From positions 1 to 32,529 of IMG/VR virus record IMGVR_UViG_3300037419_000760: a DNA stretch of 32,529 nt; one strand, 5' to 3'. Below the pieces are notes generated by a model. The model was not told where the DNA came from and did no database searches. It worked only from the letters and a program-made list of their open reading frames with translations. Below, piece after piece: positions 17,405 through 25,602 of this stretch. Within the stretch, counting starts at the first letter, position 1. The number at the start of each line of letters is the position of its first letter. The position numbers and the translations under genes were made by a program. This DNA is from a virus. Lineage: Duplodnaviria; Caudoviricetes.

Positions 17405-19556
17405 CGAATTCTCCTTTATACATAGCGTAAACAAAACATTGAATCTTGCGCATCTCGTCAAGAGTAGGACTGTCGCCCCGTCGCGCCTTAATTTCTTCAA
17501 TAAATTTTCCGACAATCTCATCTGTATCATTATACACAGAAAGAGGATTTTGAACCAAACTATAAATATATTCCTCATCGATATCAGAGTAAGCAGAGGA
17601 ATTAAGTAATAGGGTGAATTTAAAATCTTCCAACTCTTGTTGCTCGTCTGCCGTTAATTGTCTTAGGTCGGGCTTATTAAACTTATCTAGATAAAATGGG
17701 TTTACGACCTCTGCAATTGCTTTTTGAGCTTCCTGCGCCCAAATGGTCATATTCACAAATTCCTCGCTCGCCTTAGCCACCCTCTTCTTCCTCTGCTTAC
17801 TATCTTTAGATGTTTTTGGACGACCTTCACCGGATACACCTTGCTTTTTCTTAATCTCCAACTGCATTTGCTGCTGCTCCTGTTGGACTTCAAGAGCGGT
17901 TTTTTCCCCAGGTGCCCTTTCCTCTAACGTAAGCCCAACCTCGCTAGGAGTGACCCCACCCCTTTGAGCAAAAATCTTTTCGAGAGATAGATCAGGTTGC
18001 GCGTCATGGTAAGGAGAAACCTTTGGTGGGTCCAACTTCTTTTCGCGTCTAGTAAATTCTTTGCCCAAACGTCTTGCTTCAACTTCAGGCTCAACGCCCC
18101 ATCTTTCCTGAAAAGTCTCATCGGAAACAAGACCCCTATCAACCGCCTGAATCCATAATGCCTTCTCAGCCATCTCGTCACCAAGGTTAGGAACATCAAA
18201 TATAACAGTCGGTGGTTGTTTAAATTTCATTGCTAGTTGGACCATCTTGGCTTCGTAGTCCCAGAATTGCTTAAGGTTATTGCGACCGTACTTTAGTCGT
18301 TCAGTAAGGGTTTTTAATGAAATGAAATTTTGATTGAACCCACCCCCACCAGAACTCGCCCCTGTCATTGTTGGGGGCACGCCCAATCCCGCATAAATAC
18401 TCGCTAGACAAACTTCATACTTTGGGCTACCTAAAAACTTTTGAATTTCTGTAGATGTTTCATCTAATTCAAGGTCTGGTCCCCAAATTAAATCCATACT
18501 TCCGCCACCCACATTATTTAGAAGTAGGTCGGATAGCTTCGCAATAGCTGCGTCAGTGGGTAAAATCTGATGTTCAAGTGAACCCAACTTCCAAATACGA
18601 ATGTGACTGATGGCACCATCAAGGGCGGCAAGGTCGGCAAGCTTCATTTTCTCTAGAGTAATTAGATCATCTAGAATTGCATATGTCATAGGATTGGCCC
18701 AAACCTGCCAATCATCCTTTTTGTAGTGATAAACAATTAAATCATCGTCACTGATTGGGATTTTTTTACCGCCAGCCTTAACCTTATTAACAATATCAGT
18801 AGGAAGACTATTAACCATGCCTAGTTCATACTCATCCTTTGGATTATTAATAATATTAACAAGTCGAGGATTAACGTTAATTACATAGTAGTATTTACCA
18901 GTAAAAGCGGTTAATTCCTGACCCATTGCATCTACACTCATTGGATTTAAGAATGTATAACGTAACGGAACCTCCCTATATTTTACATCATTAAAATCAT
19001 CCTCATACTCTAGGTGCTCTTGACCCACAGCACGCTTAAATTCTTGGACTTGCTTTTCCTTAAGTTTCCCACGAGACCTTTTTACGAGTACGTTACCGGC
19101 CCGATAGAATAAATTGAGAAATCTTTCGGAGCGGTCCAAACCATTAACTCTCTTAAACCACTCGTTATAAAAGTTTTCAATCTGTTTGTTGGGGTGTGAG
19201 AACCTAATTCCTTGTACGGCAAAATCAGCCATGGTATCAATAATATTTCGCACAATACCAATTTTATCATATGCCGACATACAAGCAGAAATGATTTGCT
19301 TCTGCATACGAGGCACAGCTTCGGCGGGTCGGAAAAACTCATAATCTAACCGGCTAAAGCCACCCCTAACAGATGCGTTCCTATCTATACCTTTAAATTG
19401 ATTAGATAGAGAAGCAACTGATCTGGTGATTGGCTCAATCTTATCTATCGCCTTACCGTAAGCAGAGAAAGCAGCGGTGGAGTCGGCCCCGTTGGCATAA
19501 CTAACAAAAGCTTCTGTGTTTTGCTCGTGACTCACCGTATTTAAAACACTTGGCAT
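17379..19556 (-). CDS. Portal protein
   Basis: 725 aa directly downstream of TerL; motifs YDKIGIVRNIID, IYAGLGVP and a late GRPK segment typical of portals. Confidence 0.85.
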   Translation of the reverse strand: MPSVLNTVSHEQNTEAFVSYANGADSTAAFSAYGKAIDKIEPITRSVASLSNQFKGIDRNASVRGGFSRLDYEFFRPAEAVPRMQKQIISACMSAYDKIGIVRNIIDTMADFAVQGIRFSHPNKQIENFYNEWFKRVNGLDRSERFLNLFYRAGNVLVKRSRGKLKEKQVQEFKRAVGQEHLEYEDDFNDVKYREVPLRYTFLNPMSVDAMGQELTAFTGKYYYVINVNPRLVNIINNPKDEYELGMVNSLPTDIVNKVKAGGKKIPISDDDLIVYHYKKDDWQVWANPMTYAILDDLITLEKMKLADLAALDGAISHIRIWKLGSLEHQILPTDAAIAKLSDLLLNNVGGGSMDLIWGPDLELDETSTEIQKFLGSPKYEVCLASIYAGLGVPPTMTGASSGGGGFNQNFISLKTLTERLKYGRNNLKQFWDYEAKMVQLAMKFKQPPTVIFDVPNLGDEMAEKALWIQAVDRGLVSDETFQERWGVEPEVEARRLGKEFTRREKKLDPPKVSPYHDAQPDLSLEKIFAQRGGVTPSEVGLTLEERAPGEKTALEVQQEQQQMQLEIKKKQGVSGEGRPKTSKDSKQRKKRVAKASEEFVNMTIWAQEAQKAIAEVVNPFYLDKFNKPDLRQLTADEQQELEDFKFTLLLNSSAYSDIDEEYIYSLVQNPLSVYNDTDEIVGKFIEEIKARRGDSPTLDEMRKIQCFVYAMYKGEFDGDSDDND

Positions 19557-19615
19557 TCTTCTCTCCCATAATTAGACATAATTAAATCGGTAATATAATT
19601 GATAATATAACTAGC

Positions 19616-21706
19616 TTATACACCATTACCACCCCTAACTATAGAGTTACCGTATCCGCCACTTCCGAGTTTGTTGGTGAACCATGCGGGGCCATTGTAG
19701 AGACGAGTATTTTTGGGTTTTTCAACTGCGCCAACGAATCCACCAACCGACACATAAGCAGGTTTTTCGACAAAGTGATTGAGGGCGCGACCTGCGGCAT
19801 TTGCCATCAAGAGAGCCGAATACCTATCTTTGCGTTCCCGACCCTTTTTAGACCCAGATATTTTTTTCTCTGGTGTGTCGAAATGTTCCCGCCCTGTTGG
19901 AGTCTGAGTTACAACAATAGTGGCCAATTCATCCTTCAACTCCTCAATTTCCATTACACAATCTTCTAGGGTATCATAAACACGCTTTGCCCTCTCATCA
20001 CTTTCTGCTGCTAAACTAATTTGCATGGGGTCAAAGTAGGGGAAAAGGAGGTTTTTATGCTCAAAATCCATCTTCATATTATGATTTGCCGCTGTAGTCC
20101 ACTCTTGTCGTGCTGGCTGAACCAATTCAACAATATGTAACCCAACCTCGTTATCACATTCTCTTTCCTTTTTATCCGATAGAACGTGATCAGGAGTAAT
20201 AAGAAGAAGTGGTTGCTCTCCAGGCTCCAAGCTAGATAGGTCTCTGAATGCCTCCATCACAGCACCACCACCACCCTGAGCATCCATAGCAATGTGGGCG
20301 CATGGGAAAACCTTCATAAGAGAGCGCACCTTTCTATTAATATAACCATAGAAAGTATTTTCTCGGACGATACCAGCCCTCATCTTCGCCCTATGATCTT
20401 CCTTGTCAGTGGTCCAACAATAAACAACTCTACAATGGTCGCCCGCCAACTCTAGAATAACGATGCTGAATTTATCCGCCTCAGCCGCCGGGTCAATCCC
20501 ATAAACATATCGTGACATTGGTAGACCTGTAACTGTTGCTTTAAACTTAACAAGCCCACTAGGCTTCTCAATAGGCTCTTTAGTTACACACGATTCAATA
20601 AGAGACCTTTTGAAGAATCCATTTGAATCGTTGGCAAAAACAGCACCGAACTCCATCATATAATTGGTACTATGCGTGGTTGCTTTTGAACGCGAAATCT
20701 GCTTTTCATCCATCATACCCTTGGGTACCAACTCAAGAGGTAGTCGGATAATGCTATAGTCTCGCCAGTCAAACCCATCGGGTGGAGGCCCCTGGAAAAT
20801 CTCCTCTAGCTTTTTAGGGTCGCCCTTACTAGCTAGATAAGATTTATAGTTCATATAATAACGATAAAAATGATTCCAACTATAATAAGCGGTACCCGCG
20901 AGTATAGATTGGTTCCCCTTATAATTAGCCTGAAGGTTTTTCTCTTGTTCGGGCGTCCACATATTTAGCCCTTTAAGAGTTTCGATAGTAGCTGACTCTT
21001 TTACCTTCTCCACAGGATTGGATGAAACGAATGCGAACCCCGCAATAACCTCTTCGTAAATTTCCGGGTTCTGGGATGCAAATTCGTCGCTAACAAGATA
21101 GTTAGCACGGTAACCTCTAATTTTTGATCCGTCGCCAATTGGGAGCGCACTAATAACACTCTCGCCAATCCCAAACCAATATCTATCCGTGTCGTGGTGA
21201 GACCCCTGTCTCCTATCATTTCCACATAAGTCTCTGAGAACGGGCGCAGAATCCCATAACCTTTCGATATATTCAAATACAACCTTAGCCTGACGGAATG
21301 CCGCCCCCGTAATAATAATACTGCACCCCTGAGTGATTAACGCTCGAAGTGTGCAGTAAAGCCCCAATGTAAATGTCTTGGAAGCACCACGACTCCCGAT
21401 AACCATGGGGAATGGACGGTGCCATAATTCTTTCAAGATAAGATTCTGGAATGGAAGGATATCTTTATTTAATATGTACTTACATGTAAAGTGAAAGTTA
21501 TTTGGGTCTCTAATAACCCTTAGAATATCTACATCTGGTTTGACCGTTCTCTTTTTTAATGGGTGGTGGTTAGTCTCTTTAATCTTTTTAATCAAGTCCC
21601 AATCTAAATTAAGATATGAGAGTTCTTTGTGGTCGAGGATAAATTGCATATCCTCTTTTGTGTAATTTTCTACCCTATTACATGTATTAACTATATTACC
21701 TACCAT
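19616..21706 (-). CDS. terL: Terminase large subunit
   Basis: Walker A-like GSRGASKT, Walker B LVSDEF, RNase-H-fold nuclease motifs YVYGIDPA and KDRYSAL. Start chosen at ATG 21706 (uncertain). Confidence 0.92.
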   Translation of the reverse strand: MVGNIVNTCNRVENYTKEDMQFILDHKELSYLNLDWDLIKKIKETNHHPLKKRTVKPDVDILRVIRDPNNFHFTCKYILNKDILPFQNLILKELWHRPFPMVIGSRGASKTFTLGLYCTLRALITQGCSIIITGAAFRQAKVVFEYIERLWDSAPVLRDLCGNDRRQGSHHDTDRYWFGIGESVISALPIGDGSKIRGYRANYLVSDEFASQNPEIYEEVIAGFAFVSSNPVEKVKESATIETLKGLNMWTPEQEKNLQANYKGNQSILAGTAYYSWNHFYRYYMNYKSYLASKGDPKKLEEIFQGPPPDGFDWRDYSIIRLPLELVPKGMMDEKQISRSKATTHSTNYMMEFGAVFANDSNGFFKRSLIESCVTKEPIEKPSGLVKFKATVTGLPMSRYVYGIDPAAEADKFSIVILELAGDHCRVVYCWTTDKEDHRAKMRAGIVRENTFYGYINRKVRSLMKVFPCAHIAMDAQGGGGAVMEAFRDLSSLEPGEQPLLLITPDHVLSDKKERECDNEVGLHIVELVQPARQEWTTAANHNMKMDFEHKNLLFPYFDPMQISLAAESDERAKRVYDTLEDCVMEIEELKDELATIVVTQTPTGREHFDTPEKKISGSKKGRERKDRYSALLMANAAGRALNHFVEKPAYVSVGGFVGAVEKPKNTRLYNGPAWFTNKLGSGGYGNSIVRGGNGV
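19617..19623 (-). promoter_or_regulatory. Candidate late-promoter element GTGTATA upstream of portal
   Basis: Overlaps the terL stop codon, followed by an AT-rich leader and GGGAG RBS. Confidence 0.45.
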
Positions 21707-22163
21707 ATTTTTGCACCATGTATTTAAATATAATTTCAGCCCGTTCTGCCCCCCTACCTTGGCCCGCAAAGATAATCTTAATTTTATAATTCAGATCAAT
21801 CTCAGTTAATTTTTTGATCATATAATTGGGCGTAACTTTTAATTTTGGCCAGAGATACTTAGGAATTTCTGAGTTAGCAGGGAAAGATAATATGTCGTCG
21901 TAGTCGAATTCTAATATAAGAAAAGGGTGGGCGAACAATTCGAGTCGGTCCAACTCACGAAAGAAGCGCGCCTCATTGATGTTGGTGGCGAACTCGCCGG
22001 TTGACCACTTGCGTTCAATCGATAGAATATCTTCATACCCCTTTAGGGTATAGTCGCCCGTCTTCAGCTTTTGTACCGTCGTCCCCTCACAAACACTCGA
22101 CCGTGGAAACTCCCAATAATTCTTCTTTTCCTGTTGGTCCCGAATAACACTGTATTTACTCAT
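21696..22163 (-). CDS. ERCC4-domain (XPF/Mus81-type) nuclease
   Basis: IRDQQEK...KLKTGDYTL...SIERK matches the ERCC4 D-x-R/Q-E...GD...ERK catalytic pattern. Confidence 0.8.
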   Translation of the reverse strand: MSKYSVIRDQQEKKNYWEFPRSSVCEGTTVQKLKTGDYTLKGYEDILSIERKWSTGEFATNINEARFFRELDRLELFAHPFLILEFDYDDILSFPANSEIPKYLWPKLKVTPNYMIKKLTEIDLNYKIKIIFAGQGRGAERAEIIFKYMVQKYGR

Positions 22164-22479
22164 CCTCTTCCTCCTGCTTACATTTCCACAATAGATAATT
22201 AATATCCATTGCCTTTTCTTGATTAACTAAGTATGTACACAAAGATTCCCATTGTTCCTCTTTACCCCACATTTTACCGTGACACACCCTACAAAGAGTA
22301 ATAAGGTTTTCGGGGTCGTACCGCAACGTTGGGTAATCGGCCCACTTTTTAATATGGTGAACACATAAATGTTTCTTACCACCACACTTTTTACACTTAT
22401 GACCATCCCTCTTTAAAACGACCAGGCGCGCCTTCTTATATTGTCTATCCTGTCTGTAAAACCTCTCATCTCTTTTCAT
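22156..22479 (-). CDS. HNH endonuclease (likely packaging-associated)
   Basis: RDGHKCKKCG...VHHIK...NLITLCRVCH signature; located next to terminase, as for HK97 gp74-like proteins. Confidence 0.9.
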   Translation of the reverse strand: MKRDERFYRQDRQYKKARLVVLKRDGHKCKKCGGKKHLCVHHIKKWADYPTLRYDPENLITLCRVCHGKMWGKEEQWESLCTYLVNQEKAMDINYLLWKCKQEEEDE

Positions 22480-23357
22480 TAATCCTCCTCAGCCTCATTA
22501 GCCTCATTAGCCGCCAGGACTATCTCGGGAGTATGCAGAGGGAAATCAACCTCACCATTCATATAAGTATGAAGTTCCGACAACCTTTCTTTTTCTTTAT
22601 CAATAGCTTTATCCATAATAACCATATCAATACCAACACGGTTGCGTAACTCTTCCTCATCCAACATTCTGAGAATGCCGGTGAAATTCTTTTGGCTATT
22701 TTCGATCTTTTGAATACGCTGCTCTCGGGTCGCCTTCAACTCTTTAAGGAGCGACGAATATTTGTCGGACAGGTCTTTATATTCTTTGGTTTTACTTTGA
22801 GTGGTCTGGCGCAACGCATTTAATTGCCCCTCCATAGCCAACACCCTCTCTTTCTCTGCGGGCGTCATCTCGGAGGGTGAGTGGGTCGCATATTCCGCCT
22901 CAATCATTCTTTCGAGCCGGTCGATATTATCCTGAGTTTGCTTACGTTCCTTGTTGTGTCGCGTCATAAAGATATCTAAAGTAATCGCCTGAAAGATTTG
23001 GTTCCGCTCCGTCGCCATCACGTTGCCGTCAAACTGCCCCACAAGCTCTACATATGAATTTTCAAAAAGAATTAACTCATCAGAATTAAATTGTTCTTTG
23101 ATCGACCCCCACTTATGGTGGTTTCTTAGCGACTCGCGAATCTGAATATTCTCATTTTTCTTAGACGCAAGCCCCGGATTATCGGTTAAATATTCGAGCC
23201 TATAAAGCTGCACCGATTCAACCGGGCGCCTCAACATTTTACCAATTTCTTCGTCCGACTTTGTCTCGCAGAGTTCTTCGATTTGCCTCTTCTCTTCTGC
23301 CGACAACCGACCCCGTTTAATTGTTTTACTCGTTTTACTCATTTTTCTCTTCTTCAT
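22479..23357 (-). CDS. Helical/coiled-coil protein with an N-terminal HTH-like region; terminase small subunit candidate
   Basis: GRLSAEEKRQIEEL...SDEEIGKMLRRPVESV is HTH-like, followed by a long coiled coil; upstream of terL. The start may be 23342. Confidence 0.45.
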   Translation of the reverse strand: MKKRKMSKTSKTIKRGRLSAEEKRQIEELCETKSDEEIGKMLRRPVESVQLYRLEYLTDNPGLASKKNENIQIRESLRNHHKWGSIKEQFNSDELILFENSYVELVGQFDGNVMATERNQIFQAITLDIFMTRHNKERKQTQDNIDRLERMIEAEYATHSPSEMTPAEKERVLAMEGQLNALRQTTQSKTKEYKDLSDKYSSLLKELKATREQRIQKIENSQKNFTGILRMLDEEELRNRVGIDMVIMDKAIDKEKERLSELHTYMNGEVDFPLHTPEIVLAANEANEAEED

Positions 23358-23931
23358 AAGTAAGTTCCTCGCCCAACTTGATGATTTCCGCTATCGCTTC
23401 ACGCACCTTAGTTTGACGCGGCTTAGGAATCCGCACCCCATCACACATTCGGAGGAAGTCCGTCCTAAGTTCAACCGGCAACTCCCTATTGATCAAATCC
23501 ATCAAATGAGAATGGTGGACCTCTTCGACCACACCAGCTTGATCAGCTTGCAGGAGAATTTCATGGGCGATTTCATGAATACATGCGGGCCGCATTATAT
23601 TTCGCCGCACCCTATTACGCTTTTCCCACCCCTCTACCTTGTCGGGATTCACTGGTTTTTCGGAGCGCCCCACATTATCGCGCCTGAAGTTTTTCATGCG
23701 GGTCGTCACATGAATGCGCAAGAATCGCTCCAGCGCCTTCGCCATTTCCGCATCGGTAAACCGCGTATCGTCGAAAGTCGCCAACCCCGTAGTCATCGCC
23801 CGAATGCGCCCCTCTTGCTGAATGTCTTCAATGTCGTAGAATCCAAACGTTAATTTAGGTGACAGCTTCGTCACGATTTCTTCGACCACCATTAAAACGG
23901 ACTCTTCAGTCATGCTTCGCGGAATCTTCAT
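23335..23931 (-). CDS. Sigma-70-family-like transcription factor
   Basis: Region-2-like YDIEDIQQEGRIRAMTTGLATFD...LERFLRIHVTTRMKNFRRD and a short region-4-like INRELPVELRTDFLRM. Confidence 0.6.
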   Translation of the reverse strand: MKIPRSMTEESVLMVVEEIVTKLSPKLTFGFYDIEDIQQEGRIRAMTTGLATFDDTRFTDAEMAKALERFLRIHVTTRMKNFRRDNVGRSEKPVNPDKVEGWEKRNRVRRNIMRPACIHEIAHEILLQADQAGVVEEVHHSHLMDLINRELPVELRTDFLRMCDGVRIPKPRQTKVREAIAEIIKLGEELTYEEEKNE

Positions 23932-24088
23932 TGGCTACGCCTTTCTGGACTTTCTGGGGGACGGTTTTCTTTTTAATAATGGCGGCGGCGGTTTTCTCAT
24001 CTGGGTCGGGACATTGTAAATCGTCAACGGCACTTGCCTTGCTGGATTCTTGCTCGATAACTTTTAATCTGGATTCGGTCATGTACAC
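23906..24088 (-). CDS. Hypothetical protein (60 aa)
   Basis: AGGA RBS upstream, overlaps the next start; first gene of the leftward operon. Confidence 0.5.
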   Translation of the reverse strand: MYMTESRLKVIEQESSKASAVDDLQCPDPDEKTAAAIIKKKTVPQKVQKGVANEDSAKHD

Positions 24089-24106
24089 TTTCCTTTCTCT
24101 GTTAAC

Positions 24107-24135
24107 TTGATTTTAATTTGACCACTATGTATAAT
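24107..24135 (+). promoter_or_regulatory. Sigma-70-type promoter
   Basis: TTGATT-N17-TATAAT upstream of ORF 24234. Confidence 0.6.
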
Positions 24136-24173
24136 ATAGGCGGGTTCGCTTAAATGTGCACTGTCTATAAACT

Positions 24174-24180
24174 TATACAC
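24174..24180 (-). promoter_or_regulatory. Candidate late-promoter element GTGTATA at the head of the late operon
   Basis: Intergenic, 86 nt upstream of the first leftward gene. Confidence 0.45.
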
Positions 24181-24233
24181 GAGCCTGCGGCGCTTTTTTA
24201 ATATTTTTCAAAAGGAAAAAGGAGAAAATAAAA

Positions 24234-24575
24234 ATGGACGAAAAAACCGAAAAACTTTTTTATCGCGGAGATTCCAACATATTTACCCTATTTACCCTAC
24301 CGGATTATGTCAGCTTTAATTACAAGCCCTTACCGGATATCACCGCTTATGAGCTTAGTAGAATTATGGAGATTTGCTTTCGTTATATCGGAGGGAACTA
24401 CTTGACGAGGTCGGAGTTTGATAATTTACCAGAGGGGGTGCGGAGACACTTACAGTTGGGGGAGTTGGCAGGAGAAAGTAGGGGGGTGGGGATGGGTGGT
24501 ATGGGTGGTATGGATGAGGGAAACGTGCAGCGAAGAGTTAGTCACTATAATAAGAATATAAAGCGAGATGATTAG
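24234..24575 (+). CDS. Hypothetical protein
   Basis: 113-aa ORF with AGGAG RBS and an upstream promoter. Confidence 0.6.
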   Translation: MDEKTEKLFYRGDSNIFTLFTLPDYVSFNYKPLPDITAYELSRIMEICFRYIGGNYLTRSEFDNLPEGVRRHLQLGELAGESRGVGMGGMGGMDEGNVQRRVSHYNKNIKRDD

Positions 24576-24736
24576 GTGATACTTATCGGATAGGATTAGG
24601 TGATACAATTTTATTAGTGTGGAAAATTTAGCGTCTGAACCACCCCCGCCCATAAGCACCTCTTTATATGATGATCTTCCGATTTATAAAAACCCCTCAA
24701 CCCCTTGCCACCAAACGAGTTACGCGACCTACCCCC

Positions 24737-24811
24737 CGACGAGGCTTCGCCAATCACGACGAGGCTTTGCCCGATCAGTCCGAAGAGGCCGGTGGCGTCG
24801 AAGAGGCCGGT
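24737..24811 (+). repeat. Four short direct repeats with core CGA(C/A)GAGGC
   Basis: CGACGAGGCTT at 24737 and 24757; CGAAGAGGCCGGT at 24781 and 24799. Confidence 0.7.
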
Positions 24812-24863
24812 AAAGTCACAACCATAATTTTCCCGAAATCGCATCAATTATATCGGGGCGCAT

Positions 24864-24891
24864 TTGACATACTGTAATGGCATGGTATAAT
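24864..24891 (+). promoter_or_regulatory. Consensus sigma-70 promoter with extended -10
   Basis: TTGACA-N16-TATAAT with TGn before the -10. Confidence 0.8.
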
Positions 24892-24904
24892 TGTTACAGA
24901 GCCA

Positions 24905-25132
24905 GTGAGAAAGAATAAACCTTTTCGGAGGCCAATCGTGCTGACTTTCACGCCTAACCAAACCGTCGTCTTCGAGTATAAGCGACGTACTGAATCCGGT
25001 CTCACCTATCGCATTGGCGAAGTGATCGAGGACCGACCTAACCACGTTCTCATTCGAGAAACTGTCACTCCGGGTCACGACCAGTACCGGCTCTTTCACA
25101 AGTCTGCCATGACCAACGTCTTAGTGGACTAA
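24905..25132 (+). CDS. Hypothetical early protein
   Basis: 75-aa ORF starting GTG a few nt after the predicted transcription start; no SD sequence, so near-leaderless. Confidence 0.55.
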   Translation: MRKNKPFRRPIVLTFTPNQTVVFEYKRRTESGLTYRIGEVIEDRPNHVLIRETVTPGHDQYRLFHKSAMTNVLVD

Positions 25133-25218
25133 TCCAATGGCCCCCCTCCCAATCAACACGCGGGCACGGATGCTCGCGAAACATCATAACAATGGGAGCA
25201 AACGTCAGCGGTTTTCAT

Positions 25219-25247
25219 TCGACGATGTGAAGTCTAGATGGTATAGT
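25219..25247 (+). promoter_or_regulatory. Possible sigma-70 promoter
   Basis: TCGACG-N17-TATAGT; its context ATGGTATAGTTATTACAGA matches ATGGTATAATTGTTACAGA of the 24864 promoter at 17 of 19 positions. Confidence 0.55.
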
Positions 25248-25299
25248 TATTACAGAACACAACGGTTCAACCGACACATGCTTTTGGGGGGATGAAAGG

Positions 25300-25473
25300 A
25301 TGACTTTCGATGAAATCCAGTGTGAAGAGGTCTATGATCATGAGCTACTGGAAGACGTGGTCGAAATGCGCCCTTCCCATGATTGCTACGCTGGTCCCGA
25401 CCTTCGGAGCAACGATGACCGCTCTTTGGTGGGTTTGGACGATTGGCAGTCAGATTTTCCTGTCACTTCATAA
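25300..25473 (+). CDS. Small very acidic protein (57 aa), not in the ORF track
   Basis: Hand translation MTFDEIQCEEVYDHELLEDVVEMRPSHDCYAGPDLRSNDDRSLVGLDDWQSDFPVTS*; G6 SD-like run upstream. Confidence 0.55.
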   Translation: MTFDEIQCEEVYDHELLEDVVEMRPSHDCYAGPDLRSNDDRSLVGLDDWQSDFPVTS

Positions 25474-25527
25474 TGTGATGGTTCAATCGTCGAAGAGTTT
25501 GTAATTCTCTGATCATTTTGTTAGTCG

Positions 25528-25600
25528 GCACCGTTAGCTCAATAGGTAGAGCAACAGGCTTTTAACCTGTCGGTTGGGGGTTCGATTCCCTCACGGTGCA
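25528..25600 (+). tRNA. tRNA-Lys (anticodon UUU), CCA not encoded
   Basis: Full cloverleaf: acceptor GCACCGT/ACGGTGC, D arm GCTC/GAGC, anticodon arm ACAGG-CTTTTAA-CCTGT, T arm GGGGG-TTCGATT-CCCTC. Confidence 0.95.
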
Positions 25601-25602
25601 CT

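Noticed and set aside
24737-24811. Mini CRISPR array
   Set aside because: Repeats are only 9-13 bp with gaps under 15 nt, and no cas genes are present.
25137-25295. 52-aa basic ORF MAPLPINTRARML...
   Set aside because: Weak RBS, and it spans a promoter-like element duplicated from 24864; too uncertain to call.
25310-25504. 64-aa ORF from the track
   Set aside because: The overlapping frame 25300-25473 has a better-placed SD and more protein-like composition; not fully excluded.
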